Assembly: GCA_003009755.1 (NCBI GenBank)
Contig: PXUB01000003.1
Coordinates: 1-64,000, forward strand
Length of the DNA: 64,000 nt
Source of the DNA: Thermoplasmatales archaeon SW_10_69_26
Lineage (GTDB): Archaea > Thermoplasmatota > SW-10-69-26
Direction of reading: 5' to 3'
The notes under the pieces are model-generated. The model searched no databases and was not told the DNA's origin. It worked only from the letters and a program-made list of their open reading frames with translations. The translations under genes were made by a program, and so were the position numbers. Positions 1-9,795 of this stretch are shown piece by piece. Position 1 is the stretch's first letter, and each line of letters starts with the position of its first letter.

Positions 1-304
1 CGCTGATGCGATCCCCCCTGGAGAAGTGCGGCCGCCTTGAGGGCCGAGTTCCGCGATGGCTGCCTCTGCCCTCAGATTCGGACGGCCTCGGCAGTGTCCG
101 CGGTCGGCCGTCCTCTCCCGGCGGCCGCACGTGCCGCTGATGCGATCCCCCCTGGAGAAGTGCGGCCGCCTTGAGGGCCGAGTTCCGCGATGGCTGCCTC
201 TGCCCTCAGATCCGGACGGCCTCAGCAGTGTCCGCGGTCGGCCGTCCTCTCCCGGCGGCCGCACGTGCTGCTGATGCGATTCTCCCTGGAGAAGTGCGGC
301 CGCC
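1..304. repeat. 134-bp tandem repeat (2 full units plus a partial one, probably continuing beyond the window start) downstream of tRNA-Gly
   Basis: Units start at 1, 135 and 269 and differ by only a few substitutions. Each carries GTGCGGCCGCC (tRNA 3' end) and an inverted copy, TCCCGGCGGCCGCAC. Confidence 0.95.
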
Positions 305-365
305 GGGATTTGAACCCGGGCTAAGAGCTTGGAAGGCTCTGGTCCTACCCCTAGACCACGGCCGC
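295..365 (-). tRNA. tRNA-Gly (anticodon TCC), no intron, CCA not encoded
   Basis: Minus strand reads GCGGCCG...AGAGC-CTTCCAA-GCTCT...GGTTCAAATCC...CGGCCGC-A. It forms a full 71-nt cloverleaf. Confidence 0.97.
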
Positions 366-461
366 GTGCGCCCGACCACATACCGACCCTTACTTTAGAG
401 CCCGGGTCCCATCAGGGCGAACACGCACACGCCCGAGCACGCGCAGTAATAATCAGAGGTC

Positions 462-825
462 GTCGGACGGGTCGCCGTCTGAGGCCGCCGTCTGACGGAG
501 GGCCGTATGACGATCGTGTCTGACGCACCGTGTCTGACGCGATCGTCTGACGCTGCCGATGCCCGTCCGAGGGGGCCTGTGAGGGCCCGAACGGCCTGAT
601 CCCCCGGCCTCACCGTATGACGGGGCCGTATGACGCCTCCGTCTGACGCGACCGTATGACACCGGCGTCATACGCGTATGACGAGCGGCATACGCCCGCC
701 GGTGACGCCTGAAGATGTCGCCTGTCGGGTCGATGGAGCCTCTCGGCGGATGACGCCTGGCCGGGGGGACGCCCATGTCTGACGGTGATGACGCCCCTGT
801 CTGACGCCGTCGTCGCCGTCTGAGG
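462..825. repeat. Array of short direct repeats GT(C/A)TGAC(G/A), many at 13-15 bp spacing
   Basis: Exact copies at 490, 505, 518, 532, 545, 615, 628, 641, 654, 676, 777 and 799, one inverted copy at 666, and variants at 462, 477, 701, 749, 787 and 818. Confidence 0.92.
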
Positions 826-930
826 GCGCTGTCGGGCGGCCGCTCGAGCCGACGGCGACGCGGAACCGTCCGTCTGTCAAGGGAGACGGGCTACGCCGTC
901 ACGGCTCGAGGTGGCCGAGCCGACCGGAAC

Positions 931-982
931 GGAACATATATATCGGGGGCCCAAGTGTTCTATTGTCAGACGATGTCTGACA
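931..982 (+). promoter_or_regulatory. TATA-like box (TATATAT, 937-943) and palindromic operator TGTCAGAC-GAT-GTCTGACA (964-982) upstream of RHH-ftsZ2
   Basis: An AT-rich box in GC-rich DNA. The perfect 8-3-8 inverted repeat uses the same motif as the upstream array and lies near the expected transcription start. Confidence 0.7.
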
Positions 983-1098
983 GCTGATGTCGGTCGGCAT
1001 CCAAGGGCCGACGACCCGCGCCGTGTTGGTGGGGGTCCGACGCCGGACGGGTGCCGGACCGACAGCTGTTGGGCGTCGTCGGGCACACGAGGGTTTGC

Positions 1099-1365
1099 AT
1101 GGGAACGGACACGAAGCGGATCACGGTGCGAGCGCCCGTCCGGGACGTCGAGTTCATGGACGCGCTCGTCGAGGCGGGGGAGTACCCCAGCCGAACCGCC
1201 GTGGTCCGTCGTGCGATCCGCGAGTTCCTCCGGGACAAAGGTCCCGAACTCGAGGAAGCCGTGGAGAGCCAGCAGTCCCTGACCCAAGCGCTGCAACAGA
1301 TGGAGCAGATGCAAGAACAGATCGAGGCTCAAAAAGAGCTCCTCGAGAAGTTCGTGCAACAGTAG
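1099..1365 (+). CDS. cdrS: CdrS-like ribbon-helix-helix protein with a C-terminal Q/E-rich coiled-coil extension
   Basis: RITVRAP..DVEFMDALVEAGEYPSRTAVVRRAIREFL is a typical RHH. It lies directly upstream of ftsZ2, like the euryarchaeal cdrS-ftsZ2 arrangement. Confidence 0.8.
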   Translation: MGTDTKRITVRAPVRDVEFMDALVEAGEYPSRTAVVRRAIREFLRDKGPELEEAVESQQSLTQALQQMEQMQEQIEAQKELLEKFVQQ

Positions 1366-1514
1366 TGTGTCGAGGCCAGCCGGGCCTGAATCAACACGGA
1401 TGGGATGCAATCGTTCGGGGTCGGGCCGCTCCCGCCGGGGTCTCCCGGCGGGGTGGCCAACTCCCGGATGCACGCGCACAGCACGCTCAACCGCTGACGA
1501 CAAGCCGCTAGGAG

Positions 1515-2660
1515 ATGGATGGGATGGAAAGCATCATTCAAAGCGCGATCGAGCACGCCGGGGAAGAAGAGGACGAAGGGATGCCGCAGGATCTGGGCGG
1601 GGGTGAGGCCTCCGATTTGACCGGAACACCGCGCATCGTCATCGTCGGGTGCGGTGGTGCCGGTAACAACACGATCAACCGGCTGCACCAGATCGGTGTC
1701 CGAGGCGCCGAGACGGTCGCCATCAACACCGACAAGCAGCACCTCGACATGATCGAGGCCGACAAGAAGCTCCTGATCGGGAAGTCCGTCACCCGCGGCC
1801 TCGGCGCCGGCGGGTACCCCGACGTCGCCGAGCGATGCGCCGAGATGGCTCAAGGCCAGCTCGAATCGCTGCTCGAAGGCGCCGACCTGGTGTTCATCAC
1901 CGCCGGCATGGGCGGCGGCACCGGCACCGGCACCTCGCCCGTCGTGGCCGAGGTCGCCAAGGAGCAAGGCGCCATCGTGATCGGGATGGTCTCCACCCCG
2001 TTCAACGTCGAGCGCGCCCGCATCAAGAAGGGCGAAGAGGGCCTCGAGCGCCTTCGCAAGAAGGCCGACACCGTCATCGTCCTCGACAACAACCGCCTGC
2101 TCGACTACGTGCCCAACCTCCCCATCGACCAGGCGTTCTCGGTGATGGACCAGCTCATCTCCGAGACCGTCAAGGGCTTGTCCGAGACGATCACGCAACC
2201 GTCACTGATCAACCTCGACTACGCCGACGTGAAGACGATCATGGGCTGCGGCGGCGTCGCCGTGATGCTCTACGGCGAGTCCCAGGCCACGGACTCGAAC
2301 AAGGTCATCAAGGAGGCGCTCAACCACCCGCTGCTGGACGTGGACTACAAGGGCGCCACTGGCGCGCTCGTCCACATGACGGGCGGTCCCGACCTCACGC
2401 TCCGCTCCAGCGAGAACATCGCCCAGGGGCTCACCATGGAGCTCGAGTCCAACGCGAACGTCATCTGGGGCGCCCGCATCGACCCGGCCTACGAGGGTCG
2501 CGTCCGCGTCATGGCGATCATGACCGGCGTCGAATCGGCCAACGTGCTCGGCAGCGACTCCCCGCAGGGCGCCAGCCGCCAGGCGACGCCCACGCAGGAG
2601 CCCGAGTCCGTCGAGGAGTCGACCACCCAGGACGGCCAGGAGATCCACTGGATCAAGTAA
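1515..2660 (+). CDS. ftsZ: Cell division protein FtsZ (FtsZ2 type)
   Basis: GCGGAGNN, the tubulin signature GMGGGTGTG, and [11 protein letters not shown] and [10 protein letters not shown], which are typical of archaeal FtsZ2. Confidence 0.97.
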   Translation: MDGMESIIQSAIEHAGEEEDEGMPQDLGGGEASDLTGTPRIVIVGCGGAGNNTINRLHQIGVRGAETVAINTDKQHLDMIEADKKLLIGKSVTRGLGAGGYPDVAERCAEMAQGQLESLLEGADLVFITAGMGGGTGTGTSPVVAEVAKEQGAIVIGMVSTPFNVERARIKKGEEGLERLRKKADTVIVLDNNRLLDYVPNLPIDQAFSVMDQLISETVKGLSETITQPSLINLDYADVKTIMGCGGVAVMLYGESQATDSNKVIKEALNHPLLDVDYKGATGALVHMTGGPDLTLRSSENIAQGLTMELESNANVIWGARIDPAYEGRVRVMAIMTGVESANVLGSDSPQGASRQATPTQEPESVEESTTQDGQEIHWIK

Positions 2661-2894
2661 GCCACTGAGTTCACGTTCGAAAGGGGGGAGGACGGCAGCT
2701 CAGCTGCCCAGGCCGCAAGGTCTGCTGGTTCCCTCTCGCTCACTCCTCCCCAACCCCAGACGCGCTTGGACCTGCCCTCCCCCCTTTCACACTCCTCCCC
2801 CTCTTTTCCGATTGTCTGACCCCGCTGCCCAGCGTCGGCCATCGGCGGCCACTGTCGACGGAACTTATCCCCGAAGCTGGCGGTTGCTTCGACG

Positions 2895-4436
2895 ATGAGC
2901 GACCGGCTGACCTCCGTGAACCCGGCGACGGGCGATCTCGTCCACGAGACCGCGATCGACGACGCCTCCCAGGTTCGACAGGCCATCGCGAAGGCGCGCG
3001 AGGCCCAGCCCGCCTGGGCTGAACGAAGCCCCAGCCAGCGGCTCGTGGCCCTCGAGCCGGCGTTGACCCGGATCGTCGACGACCGCAACGCGTTCGCCGA
3101 AGCCGTCACCGCCGAGGCCGGCAAACCCGTCGCCGAGGCGCTGGTGGCCGACGTCATGCCCACCCTCGAGGCCGGCGCCTTCCTCGACCGTCACGCCGAG
3201 GCCATCCTCGAACCGCCCGCCCAGCGCCTGGACAACATGCTGCTGAAGGACCGCAAAAGCCATCTCCGGCGCGAACCGGCCGGCCTCGTCGCCATCGTCG
3301 CCCCCTGGAACTACCCGCTGGCCATCCCCGCCTCCCAGGCCCTGTTCGCGTTGGCTGCCGGCAACGCCGTCGTGCTCAAGCCCTCCGAGCGCACGCCCGG
3401 CGTCGGCCAACGGTTCGCCGACGCGATCGCAGACGCCGACCTCCCCGAGGGCCTGTTCCAGCTCGTCCAAGGCCCCGGCGATCCCACGGGCCGGGCCCTC
3501 GTCGAGGCCGACCCCGACGTGCTGTTGTTCACCGGCCGCGCCGAAACCGGGCAAGCCATCGCCGACGAGGTGGGACCCGACACCGCGACCGTGCTCGAGC
3601 TGGGCGGCAACGACCCGATGCTCGTGCTCGACGACGCCAACCTCTCGCTGGCGGCCCGCGGAGCCACGTGGGCTGCCTTCGCGAACGCCGGGCAGACCTG
3701 CTCGGCCGTCGAGCGGCTGTTCGTCGACCGCACGCGCGCCGGGGATCTCGAGGATCGACTGGCCAAGCACGCCGACGCGCTCCGCGTGGGCCCCGGCGAC
3801 CGCGAGGACGTCGACGTCGGCCCGATGATCACCGACGCCGCCGTCGAGCGCACGATGAGCCACATCGAGGACGCGCTCGACCGGGGCGCCCGGCTCGTCG
3901 CCGGCGGCCAGCGGCGCGACGACCTGGGGCCACGGTTCGTCCAGCCCGCGGTCTTGGCGGACGTGCCTCCCCAGGCGCGCGTGATGCGGGAGGAAACCTT
4001 CGGCCCGGTGCTTCCCGTCGCCACCGTCGAGGGTGAGGACGAGGCCCTCGAGCGCGCCAACGCCTCATGCTACGGGTTGACCGCCAGCGTGTGGACGACG
4101 CGGCCCGACCGCGGCGACGAACTGGCTGGCCGCCTGGAGGCCGGCACGGTCACGATCAACGATCACGCCTACACCTACGCCGCCTGCGAGACCCCCTGGG
4201 GTGGCGTGAAGGACAGCGGAGCCGGCCACACCCACGGCCGAGCCGGCCTCGAGGCCCTCACCCAGCTCAAGCACGTCAACCACGCCTCACCCAACCGCCC
4301 CGGCTCGCCGTGGTGGTTCCCCTACGACCAGGACCTCCGACGCATGGGCGACGAAGGCCTGGCGTTCCTCTACGGCTCGAAGAAGGAAGGTTTGGCCTCT
4401 GTCGCGCCCGCCGTCCGTCGTCTGCTCGGCCCCTGA
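2895..4436 (+). CDS. NAD(P)-dependent aldehyde dehydrogenase
   Basis: Motifs PWNYP, LKPSE, FTG, LELGGNDP, GQTC and EETFGP. Confidence 0.95.
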   Translation: MSDRLTSVNPATGDLVHETAIDDASQVRQAIAKAREAQPAWAERSPSQRLVALEPALTRIVDDRNAFAEAVTAEAGKPVAEALVADVMPTLEAGAFLDRHAEAILEPPAQRLDNMLLKDRKSHLRREPAGLVAIVAPWNYPLAIPASQALFALAAGNAVVLKPSERTPGVGQRFADAIADADLPEGLFQLVQGPGDPTGRALVEADPDVLLFTGRAETGQAIADEVGPDTATVLELGGNDPMLVLDDANLSLAARGATWAAFANAGQTCSAVERLFVDRTRAGDLEDRLAKHADALRVGPGDREDVDVGPMITDAAVERTMSHIEDALDRGARLVAGGQRRDDLGPRFVQPAVLADVPPQARVMREETFGPVLPVATVEGEDEALERANASCYGLTASVWTTRPDRGDELAGRLEAGTVTINDHAYTYAACETPWGGVKDSGAGHTHGRAGLEALTQLKHVNHASPNRPGSPWWFPYDQDLRRMGDEGLAFLYGSKKEGLASVAPAVRRLLGP

Positions 4437-4440
4437 TCGT

Positions 4441-4465
4441 GGTTGTTCGTTCGAGTTGAACAACC
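4441..4465. promoter_or_regulatory. Inverted repeat GGTTGTTC-N9-GAACAACC, putative operator
   Basis: Perfect 8-bp inverted repeat. A 19/25-identical copy lies at 5261-5285, upstream of the paralogous gene. Confidence 0.55.
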
Positions 4466-4514
4466 GAGGCACGATGGGCCTGGGGGTCCTTGCATGGGAT
4501 GGGTGCGTGAGGAT

Positions 4515-4718
4515 ATGACGATCGATGCCGATGTGGATCTCGACGAGACCAAGACGCTGAAAGTGACCCTGCCGGCGAGCATGCATCTGAAGCTCCACAG
4601 CCTCAAGGTGCTATCAGGGACGAACATCTCCGAGACCGTCGAGGAGGCCGTCCAGACCCACCTCGACGAGGAGTACGACGGCGAGGAGATCCCGATCCTG
4701 CCCGCCGGAGGCGACTGA
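4515..4718 (+). CDS. Small RHH-like DNA-binding protein (paralog 1)
   Basis: KTLKVTLP-ASMHLKLHSLKVLSG-TNISETVEEAV follows a strand-helix-helix pattern. GAGG RBS precedes the ATG; an alternative ATG is at 4494. Confidence 0.65.
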   Translation: MTIDADVDLDETKTLKVTLPASMHLKLHSLKVLSGTNISETVEEAVQTHLDEEYDGEEIPILPAGGD

Positions 4719-4800
4719 GCTGCCGGGCGGCGGCTCTTCCTTCCGGAACCCGCCCCGCCGGGCAACGCTCGGAGAGGCCGGCTCGTCTCCACAGCCTCGG

Positions 4801-5211
4801 GTGCTGCTCGTCGAGGACGATCCCGACCGGATCCGCCTCAGCGAGCACGCGATCGAGACGGCCTCGGCCAAGTGCGAGCTCGAAGCCGTCGAGACCGGTC
4901 GAGACGCGCTGGCTCGCCTGGATGAGGGCTCGCCCGCAGCCTTCGATCTCGTGTTGCTGGATCTGGACCTCCCCGACGTCTCCGGCCACGAGGTCTGCGC
5001 GGAGATCCGATCCCAGGTCGCCCCTAGCGAGGTCCCGGTCGTCGTCCTGACATCCTCCGAGGAGGAGGACGACGTCCGCGCCTCCTACGAGGCCGGGGCG
5101 AACAGCCACGTCGCGAAGGCCGTCGACTACCAGACCTTCCGCGAAGACCTGGCCGGCATCCTCTCCTACTGGCTCGACGTCAACCAGACCGTCCCCTCCT
5201 CGACCTTGTAG
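4801..5211 (+). CDS. Stand-alone response regulator receiver
   Basis: LLVEDD, LLDLDLP, VVVLTSS and GANSHVAK. The start is uncertain. Confidence 0.9.
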   Translation: MLLVEDDPDRIRLSEHAIETASAKCELEAVETGRDALARLDEGSPAAFDLVLLDLDLPDVSGHEVCAEIRSQVAPSEVPVVVLTSSEEEDDVRASYEAGANSHVAKAVDYQTFREDLAGILSYWLDVNQTVPSSTL

Positions 5212-5326
5212 CGGGGACGGCCGCTAGATCCCCCTTGGGATGGTAACGCCTTCGATGTCCGGGTGTTTGTGCGATCTGAACAAGCATGTCTTGTCATGAC
5301 AAGGCACAGTTTCCCATGGACGAGGG

Positions 5327-5569
5327 GTGACGCGAGTGAAGATCCAAGAGGGCGACCGGGAATTATCCGAGCGCAAAACGCTGAAGGTGTCCTTGCCGGC
5401 CAAGCTCCACCTGCAGCTCCACACGGTGAAGATCCTCAAGGGAAGGAACATCTCCGACACGGTGGAGAACGCCTTGGACGAGTTCTTCGAGGATCGGATC
5501 GACGACGGAGCCAGCGACGCCGGCGAAGGGGCCAGCGGTGCCAACGGTGCGAGCGAAGCCTCCGCCTGA
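5327..5569 (+). CDS. Small RHH-like DNA-binding protein (paralog 2)
   Basis: KTLKVSLPAKLHLQLHTVKILKGRNISDTVENAL is clearly homologous to 4515-4718. Confidence 0.65.
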   Translation: MTRVKIQEGDRELSERKTLKVSLPAKLHLQLHTVKILKGRNISDTVENALDEFFEDRIDDGASDAGEGASGANGASEASA

Positions 5570-5621
5570 CGTGCGTACCCCGGCGAAGGTATAAGGGGCT
5601 CCCAGCCGCGTGGATAGGGAG

Positions 5622-8150
5622 ATGGCCTCTCCGGGCGAACACGGGGAACCGACCCCTGCACGATCGTGGGACAGCCTGCTTGCCTGGTTCCCGGAGGCTG
5701 CGCTGCTCTGCGACGCGGGAGGCCGCATCCGCGCGGCCAACGATGCTGCCCGGGAGCTGGTGGCCGAGGCCGATCCCGTCGGCCGACGCCTCTTCGACGT
5801 CGTGCGGATCGAGGACCCCGCCTACGCCGGGGCCTGGCCCCCCGAGACCGAGGAAGCCAGCCTCACTGCCCGCGTCGGGGCCGAGCCCGTGGTCCTCCGC
5901 GTGCAGACCCGCGGTACGGGCGAGGACGAGCGGACGATCGTCTCGTTGCGCCGCCTCGATGGGACCACCGAGACGGTGGAACGCGCCGTCTCGCTGTTGG
6001 AGGCCACGCTCGACGCGACCGCCGACGGCATCCTCGTCGTCGACCTCGACGGCAGCATCGTCACCTGGAACCAGGCCTTCCAGCAGATGTGGAACGTCCC
6101 CGGGGACCTGCTGGCCGAACGCGACGACGAGAAGCTTTTGAGCTTCGTCGCCGACCAGCTCGAGGATCCCGACTCCTTCCTCGACAACGTCCGCGAGGTC
6201 TACCAGGATCCCGAGACCGAGAGCTTCGACGTCCTCCGGTTCGAGGACGGTCGCTGCTTCCACCGGTACTCGAAACCCCAGCGCGTCGGTGGCCAGGTCG
6301 TCGGCCGGGTGTGGAGCTTCCGCGACGTCACCGACCAGGAACGCATCGAGAAGCGCCTGCGGCGCAGCGAGCAGCAGTTCCGCTCGCTGTTCGAGAACGT
6401 GCCCATCGGCATCTACCGGACCACGCCCGACGGACGGATCCTGCTCGCCAACCCCTGGCTCGTCGACATGCTCGGCTACGAGTCCGCCGAGGAGATGGCC
6501 ACCCGCAACCTCGAGGCGGACACCGAGTTCTTCGAACCGGACTACTCCCGCGAGAAGTTCCGTCGCCAACTCGAGGAGGACGGCGAGGTCCGCGGCATCG
6601 AGGCCCGCTGGATCCGCGAGGACGGCAGCGAGATCTACGTCCGCGAGAGCGCCCGCGCCGTCCGTGACGAGCAAGGTGACATCCTGTACTACGAGGGGAC
6701 CGTCGAGGACATCAGCGAACGCCGCGAGTACGAGCGCCGGCTGCGCCGCATGGCGCGGTTCCCCGAGGAGAACCCGAACCCGATCCTCGAGGTCACGGCC
6801 GAGGGCGAGGTCACCTACCGCAACCCCCCCGCGCGCGAGAGGCTGGCCGAGCTGACCCACCTCGAACCCGACAGCCCGATCCGAGCCGCCGTCGATCACC
6901 TGCTCGACGCGGCCCAGGAGGGCCGCGAGATCGACGACCAAGGCGAGGTCTCCGTCGACGATGCGACCTTCGAGTGGAAGGCCTACACGCTGCCCGACGA
7001 GGGCTCGCTGCGGCTGTACCTGCACGACGTGACCGACCGCGTCGAAGCCAAGCAGGCGCTCCGCGAGAGCGAGCAGCGGCTGCAGACCGTCGTCAGCGAG
7101 GCTCCGATCCTGCTGTTGACGCTGAACCCCGACGGACGCGTCCGGTTCGTCACCGGCACCGGCCTCCAGGAACTGGGCCTCACCGCCGACGAGCTCGAGG
7201 GCCGCCACCCGCAAGAGATGGACGCGCTCGACGAGGACGCCCGGCGGTCGATCGAGCACGCTCTCGAGGGCCACCACGCCCAGACGCTGGCCCACATCGA
7301 CGACCGCTGGGCCCAGATCCAGCTCTCCCCCGTCCGAGACGAGGACGGCGAGGTCGAGAGCGTCATCGCCGTCGCGATCGACGTCACCGACCGCAAGGAG
7401 GCCGAGGACGAGGTCCGGCACCTCAACGAGAACCTCGAGCAGATCGTCGAGGAGCGGACCGCCGAGCTCGAGGCCGCCAACCGGGAGCTCAAAGCCTTCA
7501 GCTACAGCGTCAGCCACGACCTCCGCGCGCCCTTGCAGACGATCGACGGCTTCAGCCAGATCCTGCTCGAGAGCCGCTCGGAGGAGCTCGGCGAGGAGGG
7601 CCGTCACCTGTTGTCCCGCATCCGTCGCGCCAGCCAGACGATGGCCGACCGCATCGATGCCCTGCTCACCCTCTCCCGCGTCACCCGACACGAGCTCAAC
7701 CCCGACCGGCTGGATCTCTCCGACATGGCGCGCGAGATCCTGACCGAGCTCCACGAACGCAACCCCGAACGCTCGATCGAATGGGAGGTCGAGGACGACA
7801 TGCGGGCCACCGGGGACCCCTCGCTCGTGCGGGCCATGCTCGACAACTTGATCCGCAACGCCTGGAAGTTCACCCGCGAAGAGGACCCGGCCCGGATCCA
7901 GGTCTACCGCGCCGAAGGGGACGAGAACGCGTTCGTCGTCGAGGACAACGGCGAAGGCTTCGACCCCGCGCACGCCGACGAGCTCTTCCAGCCCTTCGAA
8001 CGCCTGGACGAGGACGTCGAGGGCACGGGCATCGGGCTCGCCACGGTCGAACGGATCGTCCGCCGCCACAACGGCGCGATCGAAGCCGACGGCGAGCCCG
8101 GCGAGGGAGCTTGCTTCACCTTCGTCCTGCCGGAGGAAACCGATGAGTGA
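5622..8150 (+). CDS. Multi-PAS cytoplasmic sensor histidine kinase
   Basis: Several PAS/PAC repeats, H-box FSYSVSHDLRAPL, N-box NLIRNAWKFT, and G-boxes DNGEGFD and GTGIGLA. Confidence 0.95.
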   Translation: MASPGEHGEPTPARSWDSLLAWFPEAALLCDAGGRIRAANDAARELVAEADPVGRRLFDVVRIEDPAYAGAWPPETEEASLTARVGAEPVVLRVQTRGTGEDERTIVSLRRLDGTTETVERAVSLLEATLDATADGILVVDLDGSIVTWNQAFQQMWNVPGDLLAERDDEKLLSFVADQLEDPDSFLDNVREVYQDPETESFDVLRFEDGRCFHRYSKPQRVGGQVVGRVWSFRDVTDQERIEKRLRRSEQQFRSLFENVPIGIYRTTPDGRILLANPWLVDMLGYESAEEMATRNLEADTEFFEPDYSREKFRRQLEEDGEVRGIEARWIREDGSEIYVRESARAVRDEQGDILYYEGTVEDISERREYERRLRRMARFPEENPNPILEVTAEGEVTYRNPPARERLAELTHLEPDSPIRAAVDHLLDAAQEGREIDDQGEVSVDDATFEWKAYTLPDEGSLRLYLHDVTDRVEAKQALRESEQRLQTVVSEAPILLLTLNPDGRVRFVTGTGLQELGLTADELEGRHPQEMDALDEDARRSIEHALEGHHAQTLAHIDDRWAQIQLSPVRDEDGEVESVIAVAIDVTDRKEAEDEVRHLNENLEQIVEERTAELEAANRELKAFSYSVSHDLRAPLQTIDGFSQILLESRSEELGEEGRHLLSRIRRASQTMADRIDALLTLSRVTRHELNPDRLDLSDMAREILTELHERNPERSIEWEVEDDMRATGDPSLVRAMLDNLIRNAWKFTREEDPARIQVYRAEGDENAFVVEDNGEGFDPAHADELFQPFERLDEDVEGTGIGLATVERIVRRHNGAIEADGEPGEGACFTFVLPEETDE

Positions 8151-8559
8151 ACGCCACGTGCTGCTCGTCGAGGACGACCCCGACCGGGTCATGCTCACCA
8201 AGCGCGCGCTGTCGGATGCCCCCAGCCGGGCCAACGTCGAGGTCGCCGAGACCGGCGACGAAGCCATCGACCGGCTCGGCGAGGGCACCCCGGTCCCCGA
8301 TCTGGTCCTCCTGGATCTCAAGCTGCCGGGGTCGGACGGCTTCGACGTCCTCGACGCGGCCGGGGCCGACGACATGCCCATGGTCCCCATCGTCGTGCTC
8401 ACCAGCAGCGACGAGCGGGAGGACATGGTCCGCAGCTACGAGCTGGGCGCCAACGGTTTCGTCACCAAGCCCGTCGACTTCGAGGAGTTCCGCGAGGTCG
8501 TCCGCCACATCGCCCGCTTCTGGCTGGAGATCAACACGCCGCCGAGGTACGGCGGGTAA
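8143..8559 (+). CDS. Stand-alone response regulator receiver, overlapping the kinase
   Basis: LLVEDD, LLDLKLP, LTSS and FVTKP. Confidence 0.93.
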   Translation: MSERHVLLVEDDPDRVMLTKRALSDAPSRANVEVAETGDEAIDRLGEGTPVPDLVLLDLKLPGSDGFDVLDAAGADDMPMVPIVVLTSSDEREDMVRSYELGANGFVTKPVDFEEFREVVRHIARFWLEINTPPRYGG

Positions 8560-8562
8560 GGT

Positions 8563-9795
8563 TCAGCCCCCGTCGGCGGTCCGCGCGAGCCGGCGGTCGA
8601 TCGTGTCGACGAACTGCTGGACACCATCCTCGGCCGTCAGCCAGACGGCCCACTCCCCTTCGAAGGTCATCGAATCCGGCTCGCTGGCCGTGCCCATCGC
8701 GACGAGGACCTCCTCCTCGTCCACCTCGAGCACGGTCGCGTGGAAGGGCCCCTCGGCCGCCTCGAACAAGCCCTCGCCGGCGGCCTCGTCGGAGATGGCG
8801 CGCACGTCGGCCCCCTTCTCCTCGGCCCGGCGCAGCGCCGTCTCGATCCGGCCGCCGAGCACGCGGTCCCGCTCCACCGGTCCGGCGAGCAACCGCACGC
8901 GCTCCTCGGCGCGGTAAAGCATCTCCTTCATCCGGTCGTAGCGCATCCACCGACCGCGCACGACGTCCACGCGCTCGGCGCGCTCGCCGGTGTCGACCTC
9001 GGCCAGGCGTTCGCTGTGGTCCAAGCCCGTCGACCACAGCGTGTCGAACAGGGCCTTCTGGGCCATGATGAAATCCTTGGCGTTGAGCCACAGCACGGTC
9101 TCGCCGCTGCCCTCCGTGGACACCAACGGATCCAGGGACACGAACAAGGCGATCTCGGCCGTGTCCACGATGACGAGCTGGGCGTACCCGGGCAGGTCGA
9201 CGTGGCGGATCGAGCCCTCGCGCGCGACCGTGTCGATCGCCTCCGAGGACTCGTCGACCTCGGTCAGGGCGCGAAGGTCGACCCCGTCGGCGGCCCGGTC
9301 GGCGAACCCCTCGAGGACGCCCATCTGATCCAGCCGCGCCAGCCCGCGAGGAGGCGCGAGCACGAGCACCTCGTCCTCGGCCGTCTCGACCATGCGTTCC
9401 AGCACGCCGCGGATCTGGCTGCGGCCCTGGTGGACGCTGAACCGCTCCTTGCGCGCGCCGCGCCGGTCCTCGGTCTGCGGCCAACGGTCGGCCAAGCTCT
9501 TGCGCGTCTGCTCGAGCTCCTCGAGACGGCGGTGCTCCTCCTCGAGCTGCTGCTCGAGCACGTCCTCGACCGGGCGCGGCACGAACTTGCGCGGTCGCTC
9601 GAGCGTCGTCTCGACGAAGCCCTCGGACTCGAGGTCGTCCATCACGCGGTAGACCTCGGTTCGGCCCACGTCGGTGGCCTGGGCGACGTCCGAGGCGGTG
9701 GACGGTCCCAAGCGTGACAGGTGGAAGTACACTCGCGCGGCGCGTTCGTCGAGCCCGAAATCGGTCAGTTCCTCGACCAGTTCGCCGGCTTTCAC
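8563..9795 (-). CDS. TrmB-family transcriptional regulator
   Basis: N-terminal wHTH (GPSTASDVAQATDVGRTEVYRVMDDLESEGFV...RPRKF), a coiled coil and a TrmB-like effector domain. Confidence 0.85.
   Translation of the reverse strand: MKAGELVEELTDFGLDERAARVYFHLSRLGPSTASDVAQATDVGRTEVYRVMDDLESEGFVETTLERPRKFVPRPVEDVLEQQLEEEHRRLEELEQTRKSLADRWPQTEDRRGARKERFSVHQGRSQIRGVLERMVETAEDEVLVLAPPRGLARLDQMGVLEGFADRAADGVDLRALTEVDESSEAIDTVAREGSIRHVDLPGYAQLVIVDTAEIALFVSLDPLVSTEGSGETVLWLNAKDFIMAQKALFDTLWSTGLDHSERLAEVDTGERAERVDVVRGRWMRYDRMKEMLYRAEERVRLLAGPVERDRVLGGRIETALRRAEEKGADVRAISDEAAGEGLFEAAEGPFHATVLEVDEEEVLVAMGTASEPDSMTFEGEWAVWLTAEDGVQQFVDTIDRRLARTADGG

Noticed and set aside
1-304. CRISPR array
   Set aside because: Whole 134-bp units are near-identical, with no unique spacers and no cas genes in the window.
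462-982. Replication origin (ORB elements)
   Set aside because: The motif lacks the ORB consensus and G-string, and there is no adjacent orc1/cdc6 or long AT-rich unwinding element.
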